64,000 bases of DNA. Source: an uncultured Desulfosarcina sp. (GTDB lineage Bacteria; Desulfobacterota; Desulfobacteria; Desulfobacterales; Desulfosarcinaceae). Every line of letters starts with the position of its first letter. The stretch's first letter is position 1. Below the pieces are notes generated by a model. It saw nothing but the letters and a program-made list of their open reading frames with translations. It had not been told where the DNA came from and made no database searches. Location of the stretch: the NCBI GenBank assembly GCA_963674945.2, contig CAXXWQ010000001.1:128001-192000 (forward strand), written 5' to 3'. The position numbers and the translations under genes are program-made. This document shows positions 51,257 to 60,341 of this stretch, in pieces.

Positions 51257-51742
51257 GTGGCTGCGGAGGCGCTTTTGTCATTTAACGTGATCATGGTTTG
51301 TACGGGTAACATTTGCCGCAGTCCCATGGCAGAAGGTATTCTGCGTACGATGTTGCCGGCCTCTGTAAAACCGGCGGTTCACGTGGGCTCGGCAGGAACC
51401 CACGGTCTTCATGGGAATCGGGCAGAGCCGTTTGCCATCGAGGTCGCTGCTTCTTACGGGGCGGATATTGGCGATCACCGCGCCAGGTTTCTCGATTCCC
51501 AATTGGTGAAATCTGCCGATCTGATACTGGCCATGGAGAATCACCATCTGGACGCGATTCACGACATGCTGTTCTTCCGCTGCAAATATGCCCACCTTCT
51601 GGGAAATTTCGCACCCGATCGAAAAATCGGAGAAATAGGAGACCCTTACGGCGGCCCGCAGGCGGCATATGAAACCTGTGCCAAGGATATTCTCGCCTGT
51701 ATGCCGGGGCTCATTGATTATATTCGACACAAGGTGTGTTGA
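51257..51742 (+). CDS. Low-molecular-weight protein-tyrosine phosphatase
   Basis: VCTGNICRSPMAE, SAGT, DPYGG. Confidence 0.92.
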   Translation: MAAEALLSFNVIMVCTGNICRSPMAEGILRTMLPASVKPAVHVGSAGTHGLHGNRAEPFAIEVAASYGADIGDHRARFLDSQLVKSADLILAMENHHLDAIHDMLFFRCKYAHLLGNFAPDRKIGEIGDPYGGPQAAYETCAKDILACMPGLIDYIRHKVC

Positions 51743-51759
51743 AAAGGGGGACGGAACAT

Positions 51760-52041
51760 ATGGGCACAGTCCGCCAGCAAATCGTCTCCTTTCTGCGTCA
51801 GGATGCCATGACGGCCCTGGAGATCTCCCAGGCCGTTCGGGTTTCGGAAAAGGATGTGTACCGGCACCTTTCGCACATTCAAAAAAGTATGGCCGGTCAG
51901 GGGAAGAAACTGGCATTTACGCCATGCACTTGCCTGGCCTGCGGATTTTCCTTTACGGATCGAAGACGTCTCACTCGTCCGGGACGATGCCCGCGGTGCC
52001 GGGAGAGCCGTATCGACCATCCCGTGTTTCGAATCGAGTGA
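51760..52041 (+). CDS. HTH plus Zn-ribbon predicted transcriptional regulator
   Basis: EKDVYRHLSHI; CLACGF...RPGRCPRC. Confidence 0.8.
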   Translation: MGTVRQQIVSFLRQDAMTALEISQAVRVSEKDVYRHLSHIQKSMAGQGKKLAFTPCTCLACGFSFTDRRRLTRPGRCPRCRESRIDHPVFRIE

Positions 52042-52127
52042 TGCGGGATGAAGCGCAGGCGCGGATATCGGACTTCTATGAAACTCGTTCCTTATTCCAC
52101 GCAAAAAGGACTTTTTACGGAGCCGTC

Positions 52128-52925
52128 ATGATGGAAGCGCCAGAAAACAGCCTTTTTATCATCACGGGCACCACCCGGGGCATCGGTGCCGCGTTGGTGG
52201 AATCGGCCCTGGCCCAGCCCCATAGTACGGTGGTGGGGCTTTCTCGAAAAAAGAGCCATTACGGGAAGAACCATCAGAACATCCAGATCGATCTGAACGA
52301 TCTCGATGAGATCGGATCGGCCTTCCAGCGTATCCATGTAGACAGGCGGCATGCGCAGGCATTGACCAGCACCGTGCTGGTCAACAATGCCGGCGTCCTC
52401 GATCCCATCGGTCCTGTCATGGATTGCGATGATTCCATGATATCTCAGAATATTCGTGTCAATCTGACGGCGCCCCTGATCGTTTGCCGGCATTTTTATC
52501 ATTTCGCCAAAGGGTTTTCCGGTCACAAATGGATCATCAATATCACTTCCGGTGCCAGTCGATCGCCTTACTACGGTTGGTCGGCCTACGGGGCGGCCAA
52601 GGCCGGTCTGGACATGGCCACCCGGGCCGTGGCCATGGAATTTTCCCGCATCGATCCGAGTTTTTCCGCAATTGCCGTGGCACCGGGAACGGTGGACACG
52701 GCCATGCAGGAAAAGATACGGCAATGCAACCGAAAGCAATTCGACCGGATTGATAAATTCATGCGGCTCAAGGAGGACGGGCAGCTCTCTTCTCCCAGAC
52801 AGGTGGCCGACGCCCTGATCCATCTTCTGCTTGCGGGAAGATTTGAAAACGGCGGACGATACGACATAAGGGAGATGCGAAAGGAAGATATCGCTCTTTC
52901 CCGTGAGCAGTCCGCCGGACAATGA
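52128..52925 (+). CDS. Short-chain dehydrogenase/reductase (benzil/sepiapterin reductase-like)
   Basis: ITGTTRGIG, LVNNAG, ITSGA, YGAAK, PGTVDTAMQ. Confidence 0.9.
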   Translation: MMEAPENSLFIITGTTRGIGAALVESALAQPHSTVVGLSRKKSHYGKNHQNIQIDLNDLDEIGSAFQRIHVDRRHAQALTSTVLVNNAGVLDPIGPVMDCDDSMISQNIRVNLTAPLIVCRHFYHFAKGFSGHKWIINITSGASRSPYYGWSAYGAAKAGLDMATRAVAMEFSRIDPSFSAIAVAPGTVDTAMQEKIRQCNRKQFDRIDKFMRLKEDGQLSSPRQVADALIHLLLAGRFENGGRYDIREMRKEDIALSREQSAGQ

Positions 52926-53057
52926 AGATGCCCGTGGCCACCGGTGCCTGCGGTCTTGTTTGCGCAAGGGGAGCCGGCGGCGTTTCGAGACAAAAAGAGG
53001 CAACGCCCCGGCCGGCATTGCCTCTTTGATGTTGTTCAGACGCTTCTACGCGGGCAA

Positions 53058-53678
53058 CTATATGTTTCCTTTGATGGTTACGCCGATTCGGATGGAATAG
53101 TCGATCGTATACGAGTCAGGATCATCAGAGCAGCTGAGGCAGTAGGTCAACGGCTGGCTGAGATTGTCCAGATAGCCGTTGATGGTATTGATTTGATCCT
53201 GGGTCAGTGACAATGCAGACCAATCTGACGAGGTGCCGCTGACCTGGGCATCGATGGAGAGCTCATCATTGATCGTCAAGGTGCAGGAAATACTGGTGAT
53301 CGAACTCGGGGTCCATACGGCCGTGTATGCGGCATCAACATAGTCTACCGTGATATCGGTTATGTCCACGTTATCCAGACTGTACCCGAATTGGTCTTCG
53401 ATATCGGCTTGCGCTTCATTAATTAACGTTTGCAGGGTGGTGGGTTCTCCGCATTCCTGTACCGCACTTATCACGGACAGGGTCGATGATTTTTGAACGG
53501 TGACCGGATCGAGTTCAAATTCTGCCTGGGCTTCCACATCGACATTCACCACATCTGCTACAAGATCTTCCAAATCGTCTGAACTGCAGGAGACCATGCC
53601 GAATAAAAAGAAGCCAAGAACAACCGTGAGCCCAACATGAATCATGGTTTTTGCCAGATTTTTGTTGCTTTGTCCCAT
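53058..53678 (-). CDS. Hypothetical lipoprotein
   Basis: GGAGG RBS; hydrophobic stretch ending MVSC; acidic beta-rich body. Confidence 0.7.
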   Translation of the reverse strand: MGQSNKNLAKTMIHVGLTVVLGFFLFGMVSCSSDDLEDLVADVVNVDVEAQAEFELDPVTVQKSSTLSVISAVQECGEPTTLQTLINEAQADIEDQFGYSLDNVDITDITVDYVDAAYTAVWTPSSITSISCTLTINDELSIDAQVSGTSSDWSALSLTQDQINTINGYLDNLSQPLTYCLSCSDDPDSYTIDYSIRIGVTIKGNI

Positions 53679-53892
53679 GGTGCACCTCCGGATTAATTGG
53701 TGATAGGAGTGATGGTGATAAACGAAATCTTGCTTTTGCCAAACGAAAGTAAAGCAAGCTATCCATAGTGCATCATTAATACCATAAGTACAACATGTCG
53801 TATAGCATAAAATCGAAAAGGCGATGGCAGTGTTGCCCTTGTCGCAAGCATTCGAAATCCGTCAAGCCGACCCGCCCAAAGCCGGAAATCGA

Positions 53893-55461
53893 TTATATCC
53901 GTATCGATTGTCCTATTCTGGGAACCACCACTTCGAACCCCCTGGCCTTTAAAAAGTCGGCAAACGCCAGGCTCTGCTCCTCCTCTCCGTGGACCACGGC
54001 GATTCGCTTGATCTTCAAGCCGGATGCATCGATGAACCGCGCCATTTCGTTGCGATCCCCGTGTGCGGAGAATCCGCCGATTTTGACCACCCGTGCTTTC
54101 AGGGGATACTCTTTGTTCAGAATCTTGACGATGGGCGGATCGCCCTTGCGACCCGACTGCGCATAGGCCGTGCCCAGTTCCAATATGCGGCGTCCCAGCG
54201 TATGGTTGGCCATGTAACCGACGATGAGGATGGTATTCTTGGGGTCGTGGATTTTGTAGCGCAGATGGTGCAGGATACGGCCGGCCTCGCACATTCCCGA
54301 TGCGGAGATCACGATATGGGGGGACGTTTCACGCATGAGATCCATGGATGCTTCGACGCTTTCGGTGAAGTGGACCTGTTTGAATGAAAATGGGTTTTTT
54401 CCCTGTTCCAGAAAGATTTTATGGGTCTCGGCGTCGTAGACCTCCGGATGCTCGCCGAACACCTTGGTGATGGCGGTGGCCAGGGGGCTGTCCACATAGA
54501 CCGGTATGCGCGGAACTTCCCCGGAATCGTAGAGTTCGTGGATCACGTATAGCAGTTCCTGGGTCCGACCGTAGGCGAAGGAGGGAATTAAAATCGTTCC
54601 CCCTTGCGCCAAGGTTTCGTTCAGCACCTGTTTCAACCGCGGGCGAAGGTCGATTACCGGTTCGTGTTCCCGGTTTCCGTAGGTGCTTTCCATGATCATC
54701 AGATCCACGTCACGGTCGGGGCCTTCGAAGTTGCTGGCCGGATTTTTTAAAATGGGTTTGTCGTAGCGGCCGATGTCTCCTGAAAAACAGATGGTTCTCT
54801 GGCGGCCATTGACATTGATGTGGATCATGGCGACGGATGATCCCAAGATATGGCCGGCTTCATAAAGGGTGAGGGTGATACCATTGCCGATGGTAACCGG
54901 CGTGCGGTAGGGGATGCCTTCGAATGCCTGCAGGGCCAGTTCCGCATCCGCCACGGTGTAAAGGGGCTCCACGCCTTTGAGCTGGAGTCGGGCCATGTAA
55001 CCGTTGATCGCCTCGGCGTCCAGCCCATGTTTGTTTTTTTTCAACAGCTTCTTGATTTTATCGATGTCCCGCTTACGGTTCCCGCCGCCGGGGGGGATCT
55101 GGGAAAGGGCGCCGCGTACCGTCTTGTAATTGAGGTATAATGCGTCGCTCTCTTGAATATGCGCAGAGTCCAGGAGAAGATATTTACAGGCATCGGCGGT
55201 GGCCCGGGTGCAGTAGATCCGTCCGTTGAAACCGTTTTTGGCAATCAGGGGTATTCTTCCCGAGTGATCGATGTGGGCGTGGGACAATACCATGTTGGTG
55301 ATGATGGCCGGATCAACGGGCAGGACCCGATTTTTCTCCGCCGCAGTCTTTCGCTGGCCCTGGTACATCCCGCAATCCATCAGAATATGACTGTTGTCCG
55401 TGCTCAAAAGGTGCATGGAACCGGTCACTTCTCTCACTGCTCCGTAAAAGGTCACGTGCAT
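53893..55461 (-). CDS. MBL-fold beta-CASP ribonuclease family protein
   Basis: SHAHIDHSG, AGHILGS, FSGDIG, ESTYG, SASGM, FSAHGD, VHGE. Confidence 0.9.
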   Translation of the reverse strand: MHVTFYGAVREVTGSMHLLSTDNSHILMDCGMYQGQRKTAAEKNRVLPVDPAIITNMVLSHAHIDHSGRIPLIAKNGFNGRIYCTRATADACKYLLLDSAHIQESDALYLNYKTVRGALSQIPPGGGNRKRDIDKIKKLLKKNKHGLDAEAINGYMARLQLKGVEPLYTVADAELALQAFEGIPYRTPVTIGNGITLTLYEAGHILGSSVAMIHINVNGRQRTICFSGDIGRYDKPILKNPASNFEGPDRDVDLMIMESTYGNREHEPVIDLRPRLKQVLNETLAQGGTILIPSFAYGRTQELLYVIHELYDSGEVPRIPVYVDSPLATAITKVFGEHPEVYDAETHKIFLEQGKNPFSFKQVHFTESVEASMDLMRETSPHIVISASGMCEAGRILHHLRYKIHDPKNTILIVGYMANHTLGRRILELGTAYAQSGRKGDPPIVKILNKEYPLKARVVKIGGFSAHGDRNEMARFIDASGLKIKRIAVVHGEEEQSLAFADFLKARGFEVVVPRIGQSIRI

Positions 55462-55751
55462 GTCAGCCTCCCTTTTTCCCACTTGAAATCAATACGTTCC
55501 ATCGGTCAGATGCAGTCGATTCACTATCGGCCAAACAGACGAAAAACACAACCGAATTCAGGCGACGACATCGGCCCATTCCATGGATTTCTCCATGCAA
55601 GTGTGATAAGGCAGAATGGAAAACCACAGGAGTCGGGGGGCTGCATTCTGACTCGTGGATTCTTTTCGCAAGAATACGGCAGAGCCCATGAACCAAGATC
55701 TGGTGCAACAGGACCAGGTTTCTATACCGCAACGAAAATATTGGTGTCACG

Positions 55752-56777
55752 ATGAAGGAACTACTGGTCCAGGGAGGCAGAGGAACCTCCCGAATCCTGG
55801 TGGGGGGGGCCATCGACGATGTCGGTGCCCATATCGAGCCCGCACGAACGGTAATCATCACGGACAAAACGGTGCAGGGCCTTTACGGCCAGCGCTTTCC
55901 CGACTGCCCCGTCATACCCATCGGTTCGGGTGAAACGCACAAGACCCTGGAAACCGTGTCAAAGATTTTCGGTCGTCTCGTGGAACTGGAGGCCGACCGG
56001 TCCAGTTTTATTTTGGGCATCGGTGGCGGAATCGTCTGCGACATCGCCGGATTCGTCGCCTCCACCTATATGCGCGGAATTCGATTCGGTTTCGTCTCCA
56101 CAACCCTGCTTTCCCAGGTGGATGCTAGTGTCGGCGGTAAAAACGGCGTGAACTTTGGCGGATTCAAGAACATGGTGGGAACCTTCAACCAACCGGAATT
56201 CGTGATTTGCGACCTCTCCATGCTCAAGACGCTGCCCTACGAGGAATGCCTGTGCGGATTTGCCGAGATCATCAAACACGGCGCCATCGCCGACGGGGAG
56301 ATGCTCGACTTCATCGAAAACAGAAGGGCGAAAGCATTGAACCTGGACGCGGAAACCATCGCCCATCTGGTCTTTCGATCGGTTGAAATCAAGGCCGGCG
56401 TGGTTTCCCGGGACGAGCGGGAGAAGGGAGAACGGAGAAAGCTCAATTTCGGCCACACCTTTGGTCACGCCCTGGAAAAGCTCACGGGTATCCCCCATGG
56501 GCAGGCCGTGGGAATCGGAATGGGAATGGCGGTGCGCCTGTCCGCCGAAAAGGGACTGCTCCCCATTTCCGACGCAGACCGCCTGTCGCAGATCCTGCAC
56601 GATTATGGTCTGCCGATCCGATCCCCCGTGGATGGGCCATCCATGGTGGCCACCATGAGAAAGGACAAAAAGCGGGAAGGCGAACATATCCACTTCGTAT
56701 TTCTGGAGAAACTGGGCGCTGCAAGGGTGGAGACGTTGGATTTCGAAGAGTTGGCACGGCTGGCGGGAACGATCTAA
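55752..56777 (+). CDS. aroB: 3-dehydroquinate synthase
   Basis: GGGIVCDIAGF, TTLLSQVDASVGGKNG, LNFGHTFGHA, HGQAV. Confidence 0.95.
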   Translation: MKELLVQGGRGTSRILVGGAIDDVGAHIEPARTVIITDKTVQGLYGQRFPDCPVIPIGSGETHKTLETVSKIFGRLVELEADRSSFILGIGGGIVCDIAGFVASTYMRGIRFGFVSTTLLSQVDASVGGKNGVNFGGFKNMVGTFNQPEFVICDLSMLKTLPYEECLCGFAEIIKHGAIADGEMLDFIENRRAKALNLDAETIAHLVFRSVEIKAGVVSRDEREKGERRKLNFGHTFGHALEKLTGIPHGQAVGIGMGMAVRLSAEKGLLPISDADRLSQILHDYGLPIRSPVDGPSMVATMRKDKKREGEHIHFVFLEKLGAARVETLDFEELARLAGTI

Positions 56778-56789
56778 TTCAGCAGAGGG

Positions 56790-56968
56790 AAATCCCAATA
56801 CGCAAATAGCAAATTACAAATAAATCACAACTTCCAATTTTTCAAATTCCAAACAAAGCTACAAAAGATTGCGGAATAGGTATACGTTGATTTTTCATCG
56901 TTTCATGTTTGAATATTGGGATATGGCATTTCTTCCATGGATTCTGACTCCTTGATTCTGGATTCTAT
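56790..56968. repeat. AT-rich region of degenerate 7-nt tandem repeats
   Basis: aaatcccaatacgcaaatagcaaattacaaataaatcacaa...aaattccaaac and attctgactccttgattctggattct. Confidence 0.55.
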
Positions 56969-56980
56969 ATTTTACTTTTT

Positions 56981-58123
56981 ATGCGTTTTTTATTCATCGA
57001 ACCCTTTTACGGTGGATCGCATCGGGATTTTGCAGACGGGTTGATCGGTCACTCCCATCACGACATCCACCTTCTGACCCTGCCGGCCCGTTTCTGGAAA
57101 TGGCGGATGCGTGGTGCGGCCCTTTATTTTACCCAAGTCATCGACGATCTTCGGGCCTACGACGGCATCATCACCAGTGCCATGATGAGCCTGGCCGATT
57201 TTACCGCCCTGTGCGACGGCCGTCGTCCGCCCACACTGGTTTACTTTCATGAAAATCAGTTGACCTATCCCCTTGCTCCGGGAGAACGCATGGACATGCA
57301 ATTCGGTTTCACCGATATCTCCACGGCCCTTTGCGCCGACCGGGTCCTGTTCAATTCACGGTTTCATTTCGATCAGTTCTTTGCCACCCTTCCCGATTTT
57401 ATAAGAAAGATGCCCGAGTTCAAGCCACGGTGGGTCATCGACGATATCCGGAAAAAGGCCCGGGTGGAGCATCCAGGATGCCGATTCGATGCCGACATGG
57501 AAGATCCGGCACCCTGGCCCGCCGGTCCTCCGCTGGTCGTCTGGAACCACCGCTGGGAGTTCGACAAGAACCCGGAAACCTTCTTCTCTGCCCTCGACCG
57601 GGTGGACCGGATGGGGATCGACTTTCGATTGGCTCTTTTGGGCGAAAACTACAAGGTCCGGCCCAAGGCGTTCGTGGATGCCAGATCCCGATTCGGCGAA
57701 AAGATCGTTCAATACGGCTTCGTCGAATCCAGGGAGGACTATTACGAATGGCTCAAGAAGGGAACGGTCGTCGTCAGTACCGCCAATCAGGAGAACTTCG
57801 GCATTTCCATCATCGAGGCCATTCGCCACGGGTGCTTGCCGCTGCTGCCCAATCGCCTTGCATACCCGGAGATCCTGCCAAAGGAATTTCATAAGGATTT
57901 TCTGTATCGGGACGAAGATGAACTTGTGGAAAAACTCGTGTCGCTTTTTCGACGGCCAAAGCATCACAGCGATACGCGGGCGGTACTTTCCGCCATGATG
58001 GACCGCTATGCTTGGCCGTCTGTGATTCGCCGGTATGACCAGGAGTTGGATGTACTGGCCGATGTACAGCCAATTTCAATTTCCAGAAAAATGGATCTTT
58101 CCTTTCCAGAAAAAACCAGATAG
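56981..58123 (+). CDS. DUF3524 plus GT4 glycosyltransferase (GTDC1/QTMAN-like)
   Basis: EPFYGGSH, LPARFWKWRMRG, YFHENQLTYP, WNHRWEFDKNPE, ENFGISIIEA. Confidence 0.85.
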   Translation: MRFLFIEPFYGGSHRDFADGLIGHSHHDIHLLTLPARFWKWRMRGAALYFTQVIDDLRAYDGIITSAMMSLADFTALCDGRRPPTLVYFHENQLTYPLAPGERMDMQFGFTDISTALCADRVLFNSRFHFDQFFATLPDFIRKMPEFKPRWVIDDIRKKARVEHPGCRFDADMEDPAPWPAGPPLVVWNHRWEFDKNPETFFSALDRVDRMGIDFRLALLGENYKVRPKAFVDARSRFGEKIVQYGFVESREDYYEWLKKGTVVVSTANQENFGISIIEAIRHGCLPLLPNRLAYPEILPKEFHKDFLYRDEDELVEKLVSLFRRPKHHSDTRAVLSAMMDRYAWPSVIRRYDQELDVLADVQPISISRKMDLSFPEKTR

Positions 58124-58147
58124 TGGCGAAACACGAGGGAGGAGCAA

Positions 58148-59647
58148 ATGGAAAAGAAATTACCTTATTATCGACACCTTCAAGGCCCGATGTCCTTTCT
58201 CACCTTTTTTTTGATAATAGTCGGATGTGATGGAGGGGGGGATAATTTCTTGCCATCCGTTGAACGCAATGATCCACGCCCCAATGTAATCGTGGTGATG
58301 ACGGACGATCAGGGATTTGCTGACATTTCCGCACAAGAGGTCGTCGATGACATTCAGACGCCAAATATCGATAAAATGGCGCAAAACGGAGTTCGAATGA
58401 CCGCCGCCTATACAACTGCCCCGCAATGCGCGCCTTCACGGGCGGGTCTGGTTACAGGGCGATACCAACAACGCTTCGGTCTGGAAAGCAACAGATACAC
58501 ACCATTGCCCTTATCTACGGATACAATCGCCAAAAGGCTTCAAGATTGCGGTTACGCCACGGGTTTTGTCGGAAAATGGCATTTGGATATTGATAATAAC
58601 TCTGTAAATTGGTTTCAAGAAAACTATCCATCAAGCGATCCCTACACATTTGGCATCGACAGTGTACCGTTTGAAGTCCGCAAACAATATTTCCCCGATA
58701 GCCGGGGATTCGATGACGTCTATTACGGAAAAAAAGATCTATATTGGTGTAATTTCAACTTCAAAGAGCGGAAAGTGGAAGGCGGCTATGTCACAAATAA
58801 CGGCTATCGGCTAGATGTGATCACCGAAGCAGCCCTTGCCTTTATCGATCGGCATCAAGCAGATCCATTTTTTCTGGTTGTTTCTTACTATGGTCCACAT
58901 GTGCCATTGGAGGCGCCCTCGAAATATTTAGAAAATATTCCAACAAATATGCCCGAAAGGCGGCGCTATGCCCTTGCCATGATAGCGGCAATCGATTCCG
59001 GTGTAGGCGCCATCATGGACAGATTGGATGAACACGAACTGCAGACGAGCACGATGGTCTTTTTCGTCAGCGACAATGGCGCCCCTTTGGGAATCCATAT
59101 GGAAGATGTTCCGATCACAAATAATTCCGGTGTTTGGGATGGTTCCTTAAACGATCCCTGGGTGGGTGAGAAAGGAATGCTTTCAGAAGGCGGAGTTCGG
59201 GTCCCGTTTTTGGTCCAATGGGAAGGGAAATTACCGCATGGCATAATATTCAACGAACCAGTAAGTACATTGGACATTGGCGCCACAGCGCTTTCGGTGG
59301 CTGAATCTCCGATGGTTGGTGATTTAGATGGAATCGACTTGGTCCCCATCTTGACAGGAGAAGTTCCAGTCCCCACAGATCGAGTTCTGTATTGGCGTTT
59401 TTGGGATCAGGTGGCGATGAGAAAAGGCAATTGGAAGTACCTCTTGGCGGGGAACCGTGAATTCCTTTTCAGGCTGGACGACCCTAATCCTGAATTCATG
59501 AATATCATTGATGATTATCCCACTATGGCATCGGAGATGAAAGCAGAGTTGACCCAATGGGCGCAATCCATGAAAAGACCTAGAATGACGAGACCTTTCC
59601 TAACGGGTCAAGAGTTGGAGTGGTACAATGCTTATTTTAGCCAATAA
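58148..59647 (+). CDS. Cys-type sulfatase, probable lipoprotein
   Basis: IVGC lipobox; PNVIVVMTDDQG, CAPSRAGLVTGR, GKWHL, SDNG. Confidence 0.9.
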   Translation: MEKKLPYYRHLQGPMSFLTFFLIIVGCDGGGDNFLPSVERNDPRPNVIVVMTDDQGFADISAQEVVDDIQTPNIDKMAQNGVRMTAAYTTAPQCAPSRAGLVTGRYQQRFGLESNRYTPLPLSTDTIAKRLQDCGYATGFVGKWHLDIDNNSVNWFQENYPSSDPYTFGIDSVPFEVRKQYFPDSRGFDDVYYGKKDLYWCNFNFKERKVEGGYVTNNGYRLDVITEAALAFIDRHQADPFFLVVSYYGPHVPLEAPSKYLENIPTNMPERRRYALAMIAAIDSGVGAIMDRLDEHELQTSTMVFFVSDNGAPLGIHMEDVPITNNSGVWDGSLNDPWVGEKGMLSEGGVRVPFLVQWEGKLPHGIIFNEPVSTLDIGATALSVAESPMVGDLDGIDLVPILTGEVPVPTDRVLYWRFWDQVAMRKGNWKYLLAGNREFLFRLDDPNPEFMNIIDDYPTMASEMKAELTQWAQSMKRPRMTRPFLTGQELEWYNAYFSQ

Positions 59648-59709
59648 TTGCCATGACAACCACCGATTGTGTATACGTTTTTGGCAGAAATGAACAACAC
59701 GTATACTTG

Positions 59710-59738
59710 TTGACAGTGTATGTCCCCACACCTATATT
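59710..59738 (+). promoter_or_regulatory. Sigma70 promoter for the cyclophilin-pepA operon
   Basis: TTGACA-17-TATATT. Confidence 0.7.
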
Positions 59739-59813
59739 AAAACTTTTTTAAAGTTGGTTAATCGCAATCCAAGAAGATGAATGTAATATTCTATTGATTC
59801 AAAGGAGTGATCC

Positions 59814-60338
59814 ATGAGCAACGTGAAAGAGACCTACAAAGATGAAATCGAACGCGCAACCGCCGTATTCGAGACCAACATGGGCACCTTCGAGGCAGAG
59901 CTGTACGCCAAGGAGTGTCCCGAGACGGTGTGGAATTTCATCAATCTCGCCGAGGGGCGCCAGGAGACGGTCCGTGGGGGAAACTACTATGACGGCTTGG
60001 GTTTCCACCGGGTGATCGAAGGTTTTGTCATCCAGGGCGGCTGTCCATTCGGCAACGGTACCGGCGGCCCGGGGTATCAGTTCACCGATGAGTTCGACCA
60101 GGGCCTTCGGCACGATTCGGCCGGCGTTCTCTCCATGGCCAATGCCGGGCCGGGAACCAACGGCAGCCAGTTTTTCATCACCCTGGCGCCGACGCCCCAT
60201 CTGGATGACCGTCACAGCGTTTTCGGTAAGGTCACGTCAGGCCTGGATGTGGTAATGAAAATCGGTTCCGTGCCCACCGGTCCCATGGACAAGCCAAAGG
60301 ATCCCGTTATCATGGAAAAGGTGACGATTCGGAGATAA
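59814..60338 (+). CDS. Cyclophilin-type peptidyl-prolyl isomerase
   Basis: FHRVIEGFVIQGG, LSMANAGPGTNGSQFFIT. Confidence 0.95.
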   Translation: MSNVKETYKDEIERATAVFETNMGTFEAELYAKECPETVWNFINLAEGRQETVRGGNYYDGLGFHRVIEGFVIQGGCPFGNGTGGPGYQFTDEFDQGLRHDSAGVLSMANAGPGTNGSQFFITLAPTPHLDDRHSVFGKVTSGLDVVMKIGSVPTGPMDKPKDPVIMEKVTIRR

Positions 60339-60341
60339 CAC

